DNA of 63,789 nt, counting the filler, from Trichosphaerium sp. ATCC 40318 (Eukaryota; Protista; Tubulinea): the NCBI GenBank assembly GCA_038496445.1. It is 4 parts of 4 records of this genome, joined end to end, with 100 filler letters (N's around TTAATTAATTAA, not from the genome) between each part and the next. Parts side by side here need not be neighbours in the genome. Positions count along the whole stretch, not along the records: positions 17,237 to 46,211 come from JALMLS010000513.1; positions 46,312 to 61,067 come from JALMLS010000306.1; 2 more parts are not named here. The stretch is one strand, 5' to 3'. Numbering within the stretch: the first letter of the stretch is position 1; each line of letters opens with the position of its first letter. Position numbers and translations under genes: made by a program. The notes under the pieces were generated by a model, which was given only the letters and a program-made list of their open reading frames with translations, had not been told where the DNA came from and ran no database searches. Shown here one piece after another: positions 36,597-49,944 of the stretch.

Positions 36597-38557
36597 TATT
36601 GTTTTTTGAAATCCATAGATATCGTATCTTGGATTTACTTTGTTTTTGGCTTCTTTAGTACCCATACGTCATCACTATCTTCTAACTCATCACGTGGTCT
36701 TTTTTTACCTACTATAACATTGCTAACAAAAAAAAACGTCATCTAGCTGCGCCATGCATTAAAAAATATAAATACATTCAAAAAATAATATCAGCTACTG
36801 TTGGTACCTATGTACAAAATAATCTTCGTCTCCAGGATGACTAAAAGTAGACAAATGCTGTTGTTGCTTTCTATAGCAATTTGAACCATACTTACACTTT
36901 TGTCTTCCTTTATTGTTATGTTGTTTTTTTGATGTGTTTGTCTGAGAGAAGAAGTTAAGTCAAGATCAAAAAAAAAAAATTGAAATAGATTCTGGTTTTT
37001 TGTTCGGCCTTGTTGTAGTAACAGTTAACTCACCTGTTGTATTATTTCATCTTCATCATCGCTACTGTCTTCCATTGTAAAGTTTGCAAATAAAGGTTTT
37101 TTAGGATCTGGTACATCTGAATTGTTTTCTGTTGTATCTTCGTCTTCATCTTCATCTTGACCATTAAGCTTTGGTATAGTCTTTGTAAACAAAAGACTCC
37201 TTGTTCTTTGTAATGTATGTAGCTTTTGCCTTGACTGTTCTTTCTCTTTCCAGTTCTCTAATACCTCGTCCCATGTAACATCCTCTCGGACTCTCAAGAA
37301 AGAAGGAAATCTAGATAAGAAAACATGAGTAGCCAGATAGAGAATTTAAGGCGGAGTTTTATATGAAAGATTGGAGTGTACCTTGGTTTTCCTAGCTTTG
37401 TAAGTTCTTGGTACTGAAAGGTAACAATTGATCCAATAGGTGGAGGGTTACAATGCTCTATTTCTGTAAAACCACTTCCAATTGTAAAGTCATGTCCATT
37501 TGGCCTATTTTTTAGAATGAGTAAATTTTGTAAGTTTTGACCTTTCTGTATTGGCACCGTACATTTTACACATTAAATGCCTGTGATTCTTATTGGTATT
37601 TCCAACTTTGTAACCTTGAAATATGCGTTACACAACAAGTAAAACACGATGAAAAACAATTTACAAAAAACAATCATACCTGTAACTTTAGCTTCCTCAT
37701 CGTGGAACACCTTAACCTTCAACAAAGTAGACGACCGAACCCCTTTTAGATGTAAATAAGAGTAATACCAAAACATCATTTATAACATTACCTTCGTAAT
37801 AAGACTGTGGTTGCCTTAACATCAAACCTTCACCTCCTTGCTATTTTCTCAAGATTAGATATTTTAACACGTGCTAAAACGAAAAGGTACAATTAACTCT
37901 TGTACCTTTATGACATCCTTCAACATTTCACCAAGATGTTTCTTATTCTTACATTTTGTTTTACCAACACTTGTTGCATACTTACACTTTGTAACTAACT
38001 TTTCAAACCGTTTACATCCTGAATTAGAAGTCGTAAGTTTCAGGTTTTCGACGTGTTGTTTTGTCTGATACTGCTACTACTTTTGGTGCAGTGCTTGGTG
38101 GTAGTGTTCACGCACGTTTTTCATAAGGCTCTAGAATCTGTGGTGCATCAAAGACGAGATAGAGCACTTTTTTCCACTCGTCGTGTTGTAGGTTTTTTGT
38201 TTTCTTTATAATGCCCACGGTTTGTTGAAACAAGCCTCTACCGCACCTAGGCGCCGTATCAGCTTAATGTAACAATAACATAATTGGAAGGCAGAGTGAA
38301 ATTCAAACAACGTTCTAAACGTGCCATAGTTCGCCATCAAGGTGCTCTGAAGGGAAATCAGCAGTAAACCAGTCCGGCGCTTTAAACGGGTTACCAGCGC
38401 GGCTACAAAGCGTTTTTCCGTCCCAATACGCCCTGACACCATCCAGCTTCTCAGAAACCCACCTTTAGGAGTATTATTGATTAACGGTGGTTTTGTTTAC
38501 GTACCAATCGGAAGGGTCATGTTTTTCTTCGTACTTTTTAGCAAGGAGGACGTTCAT
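36597..38557 (-). CDS. Minimal bacterial-type ATP-dependent DNA ligase with C-terminal PBZ zinc finger
   Basis: Motif I SEKLDGVRAYW, LDGELW, VFDAP, GGEGLMLR, LLKVK, IGSGF, PRFPSFLRVR. Later exon RQKCKYGSNCYRKQQQHLSTFSH (~36836-36906). 3' end approximate. Confidence 0.9.
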
Positions 38558-38738
38558 TTCAATTCTGCCGCCTAAATAGTGTACTTCGAATAAATTTCAA
38601 CCGTAACTTAACAGACTAAGCCAGATCGCAGTTCTTTGAATCTGACAGTGCTGTCACATTTGACACTTGTGCAGCTTGTATCGTAGTGTTGTCATATTAC
38701 AAACTATAGGGTATGATGTAGTTGTTTATTTTAGTGTT

Positions 38739-39910
38739 TTATTCGCTCTTAGTATCAGCAACACCTCTGAAAGAAGCTCTTTGTCCATTTGTAAACTTTG
38801 GTCGTTTGTCAGAGTTCAAATACGCTTTTATATTCGGTCTCTCTTTTATGTGCTTCATAAACGAGGTAAGAAGCTTGAACTCCTCTAGACCTTCTTCATT
38901 CAATCCCAAACAAGCTTCTACAGCTAAAAATACACTTATATCTGCGAATGTCAACTAAGAAAAAATGTAAGATACACGTTCAACTATTGAAAAAAAAAAA
39001 AAAATCAAACTAAAAGTTTTGCGTACATCGTCTCCTACAAAGAATTTTCCGCCACCGTAGAACCCTCCATTTGCTAGAAGTAACGCTTCAAAATGACCAA
39101 ACCATGTTGGCATAGTCTCAGTGATGAATTTATCCTTGTTAGCGTCCTAACAATAAAGTGAAAAAAAAAACAATAAAATAATCTAAAAAATGCGAAAATA
39201 AATCTCTCTGTGCTTACAAAAGTCTTTTTATCGCTGTATGCGAGCCCTGTATATTTTCCTTTGAGATCCTCAGCTCCTCCAAAGACCATGTCAACCTTTA
39301 ACCTTGTTAGCATTTCACTTTCAGAGAAACCTCTTAATCGAGCGAAAGAGCGTTCTGTTACGTACTTGCATTGCTTGGTCGGATGTTACACCATAGTATC
39401 CAGTAGCTCGTGCAATATGACGCATAATAGCGCCGCTAAAAGTGTCAGATTGAAATGTTCCTCACTATGTTCCATACCTTTGTACGTAGTATTTTCCATC
39501 TATTTCAAGCTGTGGTACTTGTCCATAGCTGAATTGGGTTTTATCTGTTGTAATGAATTAATTATCGCTTGAATAACGCTCTGTACTCTTTTTTTGCTCT
39601 GGCCAGTCTTCTCGTACGATGTACTCATCGATAAACTGTATTCCTACCAGAGAGGTTAATAACTCGATTTAAAACATTTGTAATACCTGCTTCTGCGAGT
39701 AGTAACCGTATTTGATCAGCTTTCCCTCTGATATCAAAGTAACGTACAGTTATCTCGTGTAAACCTTAGTTTGCGCCACAAAGCGTATTTGTGTACCTTG
39801 TTACCAAGTCTAAACGTTTTCTGGTATGTTGTTTGACCTAATAGCTCATCTTTGAAGTATACGCCAATCAACAGTGCGACAAGCGCCAATATGAGTAGGG
39901 CGTTGTCCAT
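38739..39910 (-). CDS. Glutathione S-transferase (Tyr-type, pi/mu-like) with N-terminal hydrophobic anchor
   Basis: YFDIRGKADQIRLLL, YGQVPQLEIDG, SGAIMRHIAR, FFVGD..TFAD, ERPNIKAYL. Confidence 0.9.
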
Positions 39911-40224
39911 CAGCAGCTAAAGAATGACTCAGCAAGCGTCAACCAGAATTTGCATACCAAAAACCTAGCCAAACCTGGCCGGTTTAACAAAACCCGCTTG
40001 ATTCCTTGATTAGACGAATACCGGTACAACATGGGTTGGAATTTCTACGTTCTCTTTGTACAAAGATGTTGAACAACAAAAAGAAACTTCGAAATCCCAC
40101 TTTTGTTCATCACTGCGAGCATGTAGTTCGTGTTGACAAGCACCTAGTTTTTACCTTATAGCGCCTGTTACACTAAATATGAGCAATGGAGGTCAGACGT
40201 GGAACTTAAACACGTGCTCTTAAT

Positions 40225-43200
40225 TCATTCCTGCTCATCTTTATTCATATTTAATATCTCAGTAATACTTTGTACATCTTCAGTTGGTACAATAAAAAGA
40301 GAAGAAGAGTCAGAATCAGTGCTATCATTTTCATTATCATTAATACTATCATTGTCATCATCAAGAAGACGTTGACGTTCAGCATTGCTTGCTTTTATAC
40401 GTTTGAGTTTCTTTCGTATTCTGACGCATATAAACACAATCAAGGCTAGAATGCCCACTGCAAGCAATCCTCCTAATCCATACAAAGCATAAACCCACCA
40501 TCGAATAGTGCATAACCGACCTTGAAAAACCATCAACAACACTAACTAATTTGATTTGTTTTTACCTGCCCAAAAGAAAGTGCACTTGCACTTTCCGTCA
40601 TTAGTTATGCCGTCGTTGCATGTACCATGAACGCATTTAGGGCATGGCTTACAGCTTGGCCCATAAAATTCGGGCCTAAACACAGAAATTAGATGAGAAC
40701 CCAATGATAAAAATGATCAGACTATAGCGCACAAGCAGTATTCACAATTGTTTGTTGAATTTTCAAAACCAGGGAAACAATCACAGTAAGGCGGGAGCTA
40801 TTTTGAGCATAATTAGCAATAGAAGCTATAATATAAGGTACATACCGTGTCATTTTTGCATGTACCATGGCCATTGCATACAATCTTTAAGTCACAATAG
40901 TGGTAGTATTCAATTGTAATATTGTCATCACTCCAATGTACTCCATCATTACTGACAGATACTGGTACTATACCTGGATCATGTTTTGGTATCTCACATG
41001 TTGTTTTATTGTTCTCAAGGAACTTCCCTTTAACTGAGATGTTGCCAAAGCGACATGACACCAAACCTTGCAAAAAAAAATTAAACTTGTTGGTTTTTTT
41101 TTTTAATTCCCTATTATCGTTTTCATGTACCTGTTGGTTGAAAGAATTTCCCAGTGAAATATATTCCTCTACCAAAACTACCTTGTTGTCTTGAGTTTGT
41201 TTGAGATATATTCAATAACTGTGGTGTCTTGTAGAACAAAAACTTAAGGTTTGATTTTGATACTTGTATTTGATTCAACGTGATGGACACATCAACAAAC
41301 CCCTAGCTATTTGTTAATAAAATAGCAACGAAATTAACTAATACGTCTTGTGTTGTCTCGGGCACTTCGCATGTCAAAGTTCTAGAATTTTTGGCTATAC
41401 CTACAGTAACACTTGAACAAAAATAAGAAAAATGTCATATTGTCATTAAAGTATTGACCTTGTGCCAAAATGACAGGATATTTTCCCTGCAAATTGTGGT
41501 ATATTTAATCCTGATACCGTAACCTTTGTTGAAACTTTTGAGAAACCAATCTTTGGTGAGAGTGCAGACAGAATCACCCAAGCTAAAAATTATTTCTTAG
41601 AAATCTTTCTAAACTCTGTTTCTTACCACATTTCGCTTGATAGAGCTTTGTTGCATTTACGGGTAGCGGACAAGTAAATGTATTATATTTTAGTTCATGA
41701 CCAGGTACATTAAGCAGAGCATTCTTCTAAAATGCGATTGTTACGAATAAAGGAAAAAGCAATGACTTTACACTATTAAAGAACTGTGGAACAATTCCTG
41801 TTAATTGATTTTCTGATAGATCCCTATAAAGGTTTGAGCGAACGATCATTACTGGCTAACTCGTACAATTGCTTGAGGTCAACCAAGTTGTATGGTTCAC
41901 TAACTGTTTCAGGAATGCTGCCAACGAACTTGTTGTTATTCAAGTACCTATTCTAAGATTATTCCAATTTTTTTTACGCAGTTGTCAAAAATCGTACAAA
42001 TCAACTAATCCTAATTGAAAGATAGATGGCGGAATTGTACCAGTAAATTCGTTGTGATCAAGTTGCCTTTAAAAAAATAAGATAAACTACAATCTGTAAA
42101 TGTTCTTACAAGTTACGTATGTTGACAAGTCCAGGAAAACTAGAAGGAAGTGTTCCATTGAACTTGTTGAAAGATAAAAACCTATTGAGATAAGGCTCCT
42201 TAGAAGTAATGCTTGACTACATACAGTGCTTCAGTCGCAGAAAGAGACCATAATTCATTCGGTACTGGTCCTGTTAAGTAGTGCCCACCCGGATTGTCAA
42301 CACGTGGACGACCTCCCAAGTTACTGCAGAATGTTTGAACTATTCTAAAAAGGCATAGACTTTTCGTACATTGTAGTTGTTGATTCAAGAGCACCAATGA
42401 ACGATGGGCTATAATATGGATTATTAATTGATGCACAAATACTATTGATGATATTCGCACATTGTTCCAGTGAAAAAGTTGCCGCCCAATGAACTGCAAG
42501 TTATTTAGATTTATAAGAATAAAACAATATGTTTTAGTTATTCGCTTACAGGTAGGTTAATGGAAGAGAGAATAAACTTCGTGGAATAGTCCCTGTTATA
42601 CTGCAGAACGTAATGTCGCTAAAACCAGGTTGATAAAACACCATGAACAATAGGTATGTCAGGAGCAAAGGAAATAAGAACGTACAAGTTTTTTAGATTT
42701 TTTAATTTTCCAATGTCGGCAGGAAGCTTTCCTGTAAAATCATTGCTCCCAAGGTTTAGCAAATTAAGCTCAATCAGATCCCATACATTTGGAAGAGGTC
42801 CTGAGAATTTGTTTAGTTCTAATTCTCTGAGAATAACAGTAAGTGAGAATCAAGAAACAGCTGCCATACAGTGACTTAAGTTTAGTCAGATTAGCAATCT
42901 TTGGAGATATACTTCCTGTTAACCCTCCTGTAAATGAAGAACCTTTCCTTCTCTTATTTATGTTTAGACGTCTAGAGTTTAAGTAAAGGATTAATACCGG
43001 AAAGTTTAAACAAGGCAATTAGTGAGGATACAAAGACTCCAAGTTTGTAAGTTGATAAATGCTGTCAGGAACTGGGCCAGAGAGATAATTCAAACTCAAG
43101 TCTCTTTAACATTGTCATATAAGTATTACAACAAAAGGGAAACCTGGCATATCGTACAAAGACATCAAACCAGTAAGAGTACCAATAGAGTTTGGTATTG

Positions 43201-43838
43201 CGCCAGTGATTTTGTTGTTTCCAAGGTTTCTAAAACAGGTTAAACGTTCGTCAATCAACACAAACGTACAGGACGTTAATGTCCTTCAATTTCGCAAAAC
43301 TATCAGGTATAGTACCATCGATCTTATTATTGTCCATGAATCTGGTTAACAACCATCTTAGCGATCAACATGTTTCAAAAAAAAAAAAAAAAAGCAAACT
43401 TACATTTTTTCCATTCTTGTGAATCGCGAAAAATCGAAATCGTTGAGCTTCCCTGACAAGTTATTGCCAGGAAAGTTCCTATACTATGTTAGAGTTGAAA
43501 TAAATCATCACGTGATCATACAGCTGAAAAACATGGTAAAGCTGTGGACCAGGATCCACTCTACATGCTAAACGTGTTACTAGTTAAACCCTCACGTGGT
43601 TTATAGCGTAGTCACGTGATTACCTATCCCTTTCCACACTCCCATAAGACACGGGTCTCCTTGTAGCCAATTCAACTTGTCAGTCCACCCATCGCCGTTA
43701 AAGTTCGTGTAAAAGTCACGAAGCGCTTGAACTAGTGCTTCCAGTTATAGATTCGCGTTTAAAGGTTATTGTACCTTCTGATGGGTCTGTTTCAGCTCCT
43801 TGAGCTATTGACATGAATAAATAGATTAACAGGAGCAT
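40225..43838 (-). CDS. Type I membrane receptor-like protein: plant-type LRRs, IPT/TIG, EGF-like, TM, short acidic tail
   Basis: Signal peptide, LRRNT (NWLQGDPC..WKG), N.L.G.IP repeats, VPVSVSNDGVHWS (IPT), CNGHGTC and CVHGTC (EGF), TM WWVYALYGLGGLLAVGILALIVF. Confidence 0.85.
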
Positions 43839-43959
43839 GTTATGAAGAGTTAAAAGCAATTTGCAGGCCGTCAGGTCTTCCAAAGTACAAACTGTTAAAA
43901 AAACTTATTTGTTGGAATTGTCACTCGCTTAGTCTCTTCTTTTTCAGGGTTCATTCACA

Positions 43960-44282
43960 ATGGGCGGGTGTTGTGGTGTTGGTGTTAAACACGAGGTACT
44001 CAGTCCAGAAGAAAAGCGCGCCAGAAGAGAACAACAGGCGACTGCGGCTGAAAAGCGTTACAAAGCAGAAGCGACGCGTGGAGGAGGAGGCAAGTATATT
44101 CAGAGCGTAAACAATTGCTCTGACATTGTAAATGTAGGAAAAATAAGCAAAAAGCTCGAAAAACAACGGCGCACAGGTGTAGCAGACGAGAAAACGCCAT
44201 TAACGCACTCTAGCAAATTAAAGGTAAAAACCGTTTCACTATTTGTACGTACTGACTTCCCAAGTGGACTGTGGAACCGTAG
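43960..44282 (+). CDS. SVIP: Small VCP/p97-interacting protein homologue
   Basis: MGGCC acylation motif, VIM motif R-x5-AA-x2-R (REQQATAAEKR), and C-terminal LKWTV after splicing. Confidence 0.75.
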
Positions 44283-44609
44283 AACATTAAAAACAATGCC
44301 TTGTCGTGTATGACAAGTGACACGAACTAAACGGAAGTAAAGTTTTTTGTACAGCCAGGCTTGGTTTCCATCGATTCTCTGCCCTACATCATTTTTGCGT
44401 ACAGTACGCTCAACTATACCCTTTTCTAGCGCATAAAAGGAAGTAGAGGGTTTCTTTGTTAAACGCTTTAACAAACCATTGAGCAAGCAGGGTTTCGTTA
44501 ACCTAGGCGACTTGCTTACTTTGAAGCAAATTAAGTAAAGAGGTGACTAAAACAAACGAAAAACCAAATTTGTTCTCCGTAGTAATTGCATCTTCGCAAA
44601 ATATACGCG

Positions 44610-46211
44610 ATGAACACTACAGTGTCAAACCTGACGCTAACCGAAATGGTAGCTCTTCAGAGCGCTCAAATACAACTTCTCAATGATAGCTTTAATATGC
44701 TATCAGCACAACAAGCTGCTGCTACTCAACAGATTGACGTTGGTTGGACGCTATTATGCGGTTTTCTAGTTTTATGTACGCACTATACTTTAAAAATCCC
44801 CTCAGCGTTCCTTTTACCACATAAATGCATTGCACGGTAGTGAACATGAGTTGTGAACGCAGTAAAGGTGAATTACTCATTATTATTGTGAATAGCACCA
44901 AACGCACTCGTTTCGTTGCTACAATAGGGTTCTATGCTTCCAACTCCGATTTTCTTTATAAAAGCAAAATAACCTAAAAGTATTGTATTGGTAGCCCTTT
45001 TGCTGCATAAGAACAAAAGACAGTATATCTTTTTAAAGCAATTCGAACTCAAACTTGGAAACTTTAGTTTTTCCACTTTTTTTTTTTGATTTACGGTTTT
45101 TGTCGTTGACAAGATTCTTTTTTAGTTATGCAAGCCGGATTCACTATGCTTGAAGCAGGAGCTGTCCGTTATAAATTTATTGGGGTATGTAGGATTTTAT
45201 ACAACCATTAGATTTCGCAAATCCTGAATTTGTTTTAATTTTATCCAATAACACATTTTTGACCTCTTTCTTGTAGTCTATCTTATTGAAGAATATCACT
45301 GATCAAGTTGTCGCTTGTATTGCTTTCTATTTATTCGGATACGCGTTCGCTTTTGGATTTGGAGGTGCTAGTAATCCGTTCATCGTACGTTTTTTCACAT
45401 CTCTGAAATACACAACATTTGGTTCGTCACTCATGCGGTAATAGGGTCTTAAATTTTTCGCTTTAACTGATGTGGATGATCCTGTTGCTACAGCTGACGA
45501 TGCTTATACGCCGTCATTTCACCATTTCTTCTTTCAATTCACATTTGCATCCACTGCAGCAACAATAGGTAAGTCTCTCCGCGCAATACGCGTCTTTTCA
45601 ACAATATTATTATTACTTACTCTCTATCTAACTAGTCAGCGGTGCTTTGGCTGAACGTATGAGATTGAGTGGATACTTATCTTTCACTGCAGCGTCTACT
45701 CTTATTATTTATCCTATTGCAACCCACTGGGTGAGATACTTACTCTTGTCTTGTTACAACTAATTATCTCAAAGGTGTGGAGTGTTGAAGGCTGGTTGAC
45801 CGCATACAGACCAGACCCTATTCTCTTTGGTAACGGCTTTTTGGATTTTGCAGGTGCCGCTGTTGTCCACATGAACGGTGGTCTCCTTGGACTTATTGGT
45901 GCTTGGATAGTTGGTAAGCTACATTAAAAATGACTTTCAGCTCACCAGAATGTTAACAGGACCTCGTTTTGGTGTCAACAATCCTCACTACAAAAGTCAG
46001 TTTGTAGAGAATAATGTAGTATATGTCACCTTGGGTACTATGATTCTATGGCTTGGTTGGTATGGATTCAACTGTGGATCAGCATTCCTAACTTCTGGTG
46101 TTGGTCTTGTAGGCAAAATTGCTGGTAAGCTATTGTTTGTTTGTGACTATGTTAGCGTTTTCTGATGATACTTATAGTCAACACTACCATTTGTGGTGTA
46201 GTAGCTTCATT
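44610..46211 (+). CDS. Ammonium transporter (Amt/Mep), 3' end in gap
   Basis: MQAGFTMLEAGAVR, FFQFTFASTAATIVSGALAER, FLDFAGAAVVHMNGG, LWLGWYGFNCGS. Confidence 0.95.
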
Positions 46212-46311
46212 NNNNNNNNNNNNNNNNNNNNNNNNNNNNNNNNNNNNNNNNNNNNTTAATTAATTAANNNNNNNNNNNNNNNNNNNNNNNNNNNNNNNNN
46301 NNNNNNNNNNN
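46212..46311. other. Artificial contig linker
   Basis: N-TTAATTAATTAA-N. Confidence 0.99.
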
Positions 46312-48375
46312 CATTATAACGTTTTAGCCAACGCGGTATTATTTCAAACTGGCAATGGAAAAAGGGATTTGTTATTTAATTTGTTCTACATGCGATCCCA
46401 AAGTTGTACTGTCTCCGGTACGATATCTTCACTGCTAACATCTACACTACAAACAACATTCTTTTTCTACAGAAATTCTGGAAACAAGATGGGCAATCAA
46501 TGCAAGGCATTCTGCATGATATGCCCAATGATGCTTGGGTTAATAACAGTCAAGATGAATCCTTAAAAGAAGAGTGTACTGAAGGTAAGAAGCGTGTGGT
46601 GATATAGTACTAAAAAAAGTTGTCAAAAGGATTAAAAGGTGAAAACGCATGGAGCCTGAATCCGCGATTGTATTTTGCAAATAATTGGGATAGCTCTAAC
46701 ACGTGCGTACAATTACTTTTTATTAGTTCTAATATTACAAAAAGAGGCATTGTTGCAAAGGCAACACACTACAAAACACTGAACCTTCTTGATACAAACG
46801 ACAAAGTGGCAGTCAGAGAATTCAACATCCTCAAACAGGAGATGTCAAAACTACATGGCTGTGACAATTACGAAATCATTGAAGCGACTCTCGTTTATAA
46901 TGACATCTTGACAGAAAACTTTGGTCGAATCAACGAAATACTGACGCACAGACATCAGTACGGTTGCTCCACACTTCATAGGCATTTTCGTGATTCTAAA
47001 CATGCATCTATTAGAGAACTGCCCAAGTTGTTTAAAAAACAAAAGTGGAAAACTGATAGTATCTACAAGAAATACAAAGAGACTGTGTACCAAAAGTACA
47101 ACGCCCTCACTGCTTTTAATGATTGTTATACTGAAAAAAAAGATAAGGTAATGTTCTTGGTACTCTTGCACTACAAACATTTTATTTAGTTACCAGTGAT
47201 ATTGATGGTCCATGGAACAACCGAAGAAGCTGCTAAGAGTATTGTAAAGGCTGGTTTTGGAACTGTGAGTTCTTTAGACGCTGGTTACTATGGTCAAGGG
47301 ATATACTTCACTGTACGTTATTACCCAATTATTGCAGGTGGTCAATATTCATTTTCGGCAATAGAGAAGCATAAAGTATGCCGCTTCATATGATTTAAAA
47401 GGAACAACTTCAAAAACACTGGTTTTAAGTCTTGTTACTCCTGGGAACGTTTATCCGGTAAGCAAACATGTGGATATTCTTTACTTACTTGATAAAAAGC
47501 ATGATCCCCTTGTATGTAAAAAGACTGATGAGGTACCAAAACCACGAATGAAAGCTTGCACGGAAGGCCAATAAAACCAGGCTACCAAAGCCACTATGCA
47601 TTGGTAGACCGCATCGGTAAACTTTTGCCCGCAGATAAACTTGAAGATGCAGTATACGATGAGCTGGTAGTGGCACAAGGTACACTCAGCAATACAATCG
47701 AAAAATGTGATTAAAGTATTAAACACTATTTTAGATACTCAAGCTGTTGCTCGGTACATCATCAAAGTTGAACGTAAAAAACGTACAAAAAAACGTTCAA
47801 AAGCCAAGAAAGTTGATAAAAAGACAAAGAAAGAGAAAGGCGATAATGAACAAACTGAAGATCAAGCTTCAGAAGTAGATACTGCTGGTTCAGCTGGCGA
47901 GCTATCTGATGATGAACTATCTGATTCTGACGCCACTTTTATTTCTAACCGGTATAATTTTATAGTATCTTTTAAACTTAAGTTTTGTACTAGAAAACTG
48001 TGGGCTGCCCATGATGATTCAACTGATGATGAACAACCAAGTTATAATTATGCCAATCTTGAACTAGAATCAAACAACGAGGTAGAGAAATTGAAGAAGA
48101 GCCTGGCTGAACTTCATTGGAATTCACAGAAAATGAATGCAAACAAAGAACAGCACATTACTGAATTGACCAAAAGCATCAAAGACCTCACAAGAAGCAA
48201 TAACACCCTAAAGCTAGACAATATCAACCTCACAAGAAGCAACAACACCCTAAAGCTAGACAATATCAACCTCACCGAAAGTGTCCAAGATCTAATGCGA
48301 GACATCACTAGCCTAAAGGAGAAGAATGCCATTCTACTGGCAAAAATAGCTCTCTTTGAAAGTACAGCAAAGTAA
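46312..48375 (+). CDS. PARP-like ADP-ribosyltransferase domain protein with C-terminal coiled coil (5' end in gap)
   Basis: MVHGT, GYYGQGIYFT, KYA and YDELVV correspond to the H-Y-E elements. Confidence 0.8.
48186..48274 (+). repeat. 42-bp coding tandem duplication (LTRSNNTLKLDNIN x2)
   Basis: Directly visible. Confidence 0.9.
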
Positions 48376-49196
48376 TTCTAATGCGGCTGTTGTAAACAAG
48401 CAACATTTATCAATAAACAACCACAGTTTAGTTTTTCTCACAAATTGTACTTTGTTTCAAATTCATGGCCAATAACTTGTTTTGGCGCACTGAAAATAAA
48501 GGATACTTATAAGTGCAACGTTCAATTGTAATTTGTTCAACTTTGGAAGGTAGAGATGTATGTTGTAGATAAAATAACAAGATGGCAATTGTGCGTATTG
48601 TTGAAATTTTATTGGTGCCGCTCAGGCCAATAAGAATTGTAATTTATGACTTACTGCATAAATTTAAGCCCAATTTTTTTCCACAATACACAGACGACAT
48701 GTATATGTGTATAACGCTGCAATAAAACTATTTTCCCCTCTTGGTTTTCATTTAAATGCGTTTTTCAAAAAAAGTGCTGAGCCGACTTTCACTGATGCCT
48801 TACACTGATCCAACATGTTGGTACATGTGTAACGGGGTAAAAAAAGTGTCTTCCTTGACACTAACACAAGATAAGCTACGTGAGCAAATCAAGATATATT
48901 CGCTTCTAACAGATCAATTAATCTGTAAGTCAAAGCTGTTTTCTCCTTATTAACTTGTTTCTACTTAGCTGTAAAATGCATTCATGTCTTTTTTATTTGT
49001 ACGGGACAATCATGTATGAGTGCCAGTACAAGTCATAACAATCCTCACACCACAAAACAAGGTTATTGTTCTACTTGTAAAGCGTCTTAAAGCCCGGCTC
49101 ACGGTTTTAGTTTTAGGATCCTACATGTACCAAGGCGACTCCAACTTACTCCACAAGCTAAAGTAGTTTTTTAGTGCTCGAAAAACGCACGTGCAT

Positions 49197-49652
49197 TTAT
49201 GAAAACCTGAGTGGAGAAATTATTTTTATTGTCGGATTCTATGCACTCATACATGTCACATTAGTGCGCAAATAATCAGAGTCAAAATCGGTCTGGTAAG
49301 CCAGAACTTTTTACTTTTTTGTTGATTTTTTGCTTCAAAAACAAAGAACTTTTACATTTCAATAAAATTGCAAATAAGCGCATTGACATGTTGGTGTACT
49401 GTGTAAAAAATCAGAGCTGAAATTGACCGTGGTTGCCATAAATGTTACCTTTCTTATTTTTTTCTGGAAATTTTTTCATATCAAACGTGAGGTAAAAGTT
49501 CTTCGTTTTTGAAGCAAAAAATCAACAAAAAAGTAAAAATTTCTGGCTTACCAGACCGATTTTGACTCTGATTATTTGCGCACTAATGCGACATGTATGA
49601 GTGCATAGAATCCGACAATAAAAATAATTTCTCCACTCAGGTTTTTTCATAA
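49197..49652. mobile_element. Foldback/MITE-like element: ~160-bp inverted arms (49197-49355, 49492-49652) with a 136-bp spacer
   Basis: Arms are near-identical with a few substitutions; non-coding; internal to the contig. Confidence 0.7.
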
Positions 49653-49944
49653 TGTGTTTTTCATGAAATCAAAAAATCTACTTATTAACACATGTTAAAC
49701 AACTGGATTAAAACAGAAAAAAATTACTTTCGGTACAAGTACTTTACCAGATAATACAAAATAAGTAGATGGCGAATTAGCAAGCACGCTTATATCAAAA
49801 AACCTGTCTATTCCTGGTACACTATCTCGTTATTCACCCACTAATTTCGGTTTTGGCTAGCCAACCAATGGCAGATATAGTACATTCTTTCATTCTTTTT
49901 GTCTCTCTTTTTCTTATTTATGTACTGCATGTACTTCTAAATAC

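Noticed and set aside
49086-49105. TTAA-AGCCCGGCTCAC as a Kolobok/piggyBac terminus
   Set aside because: No matching opposite terminus was found.
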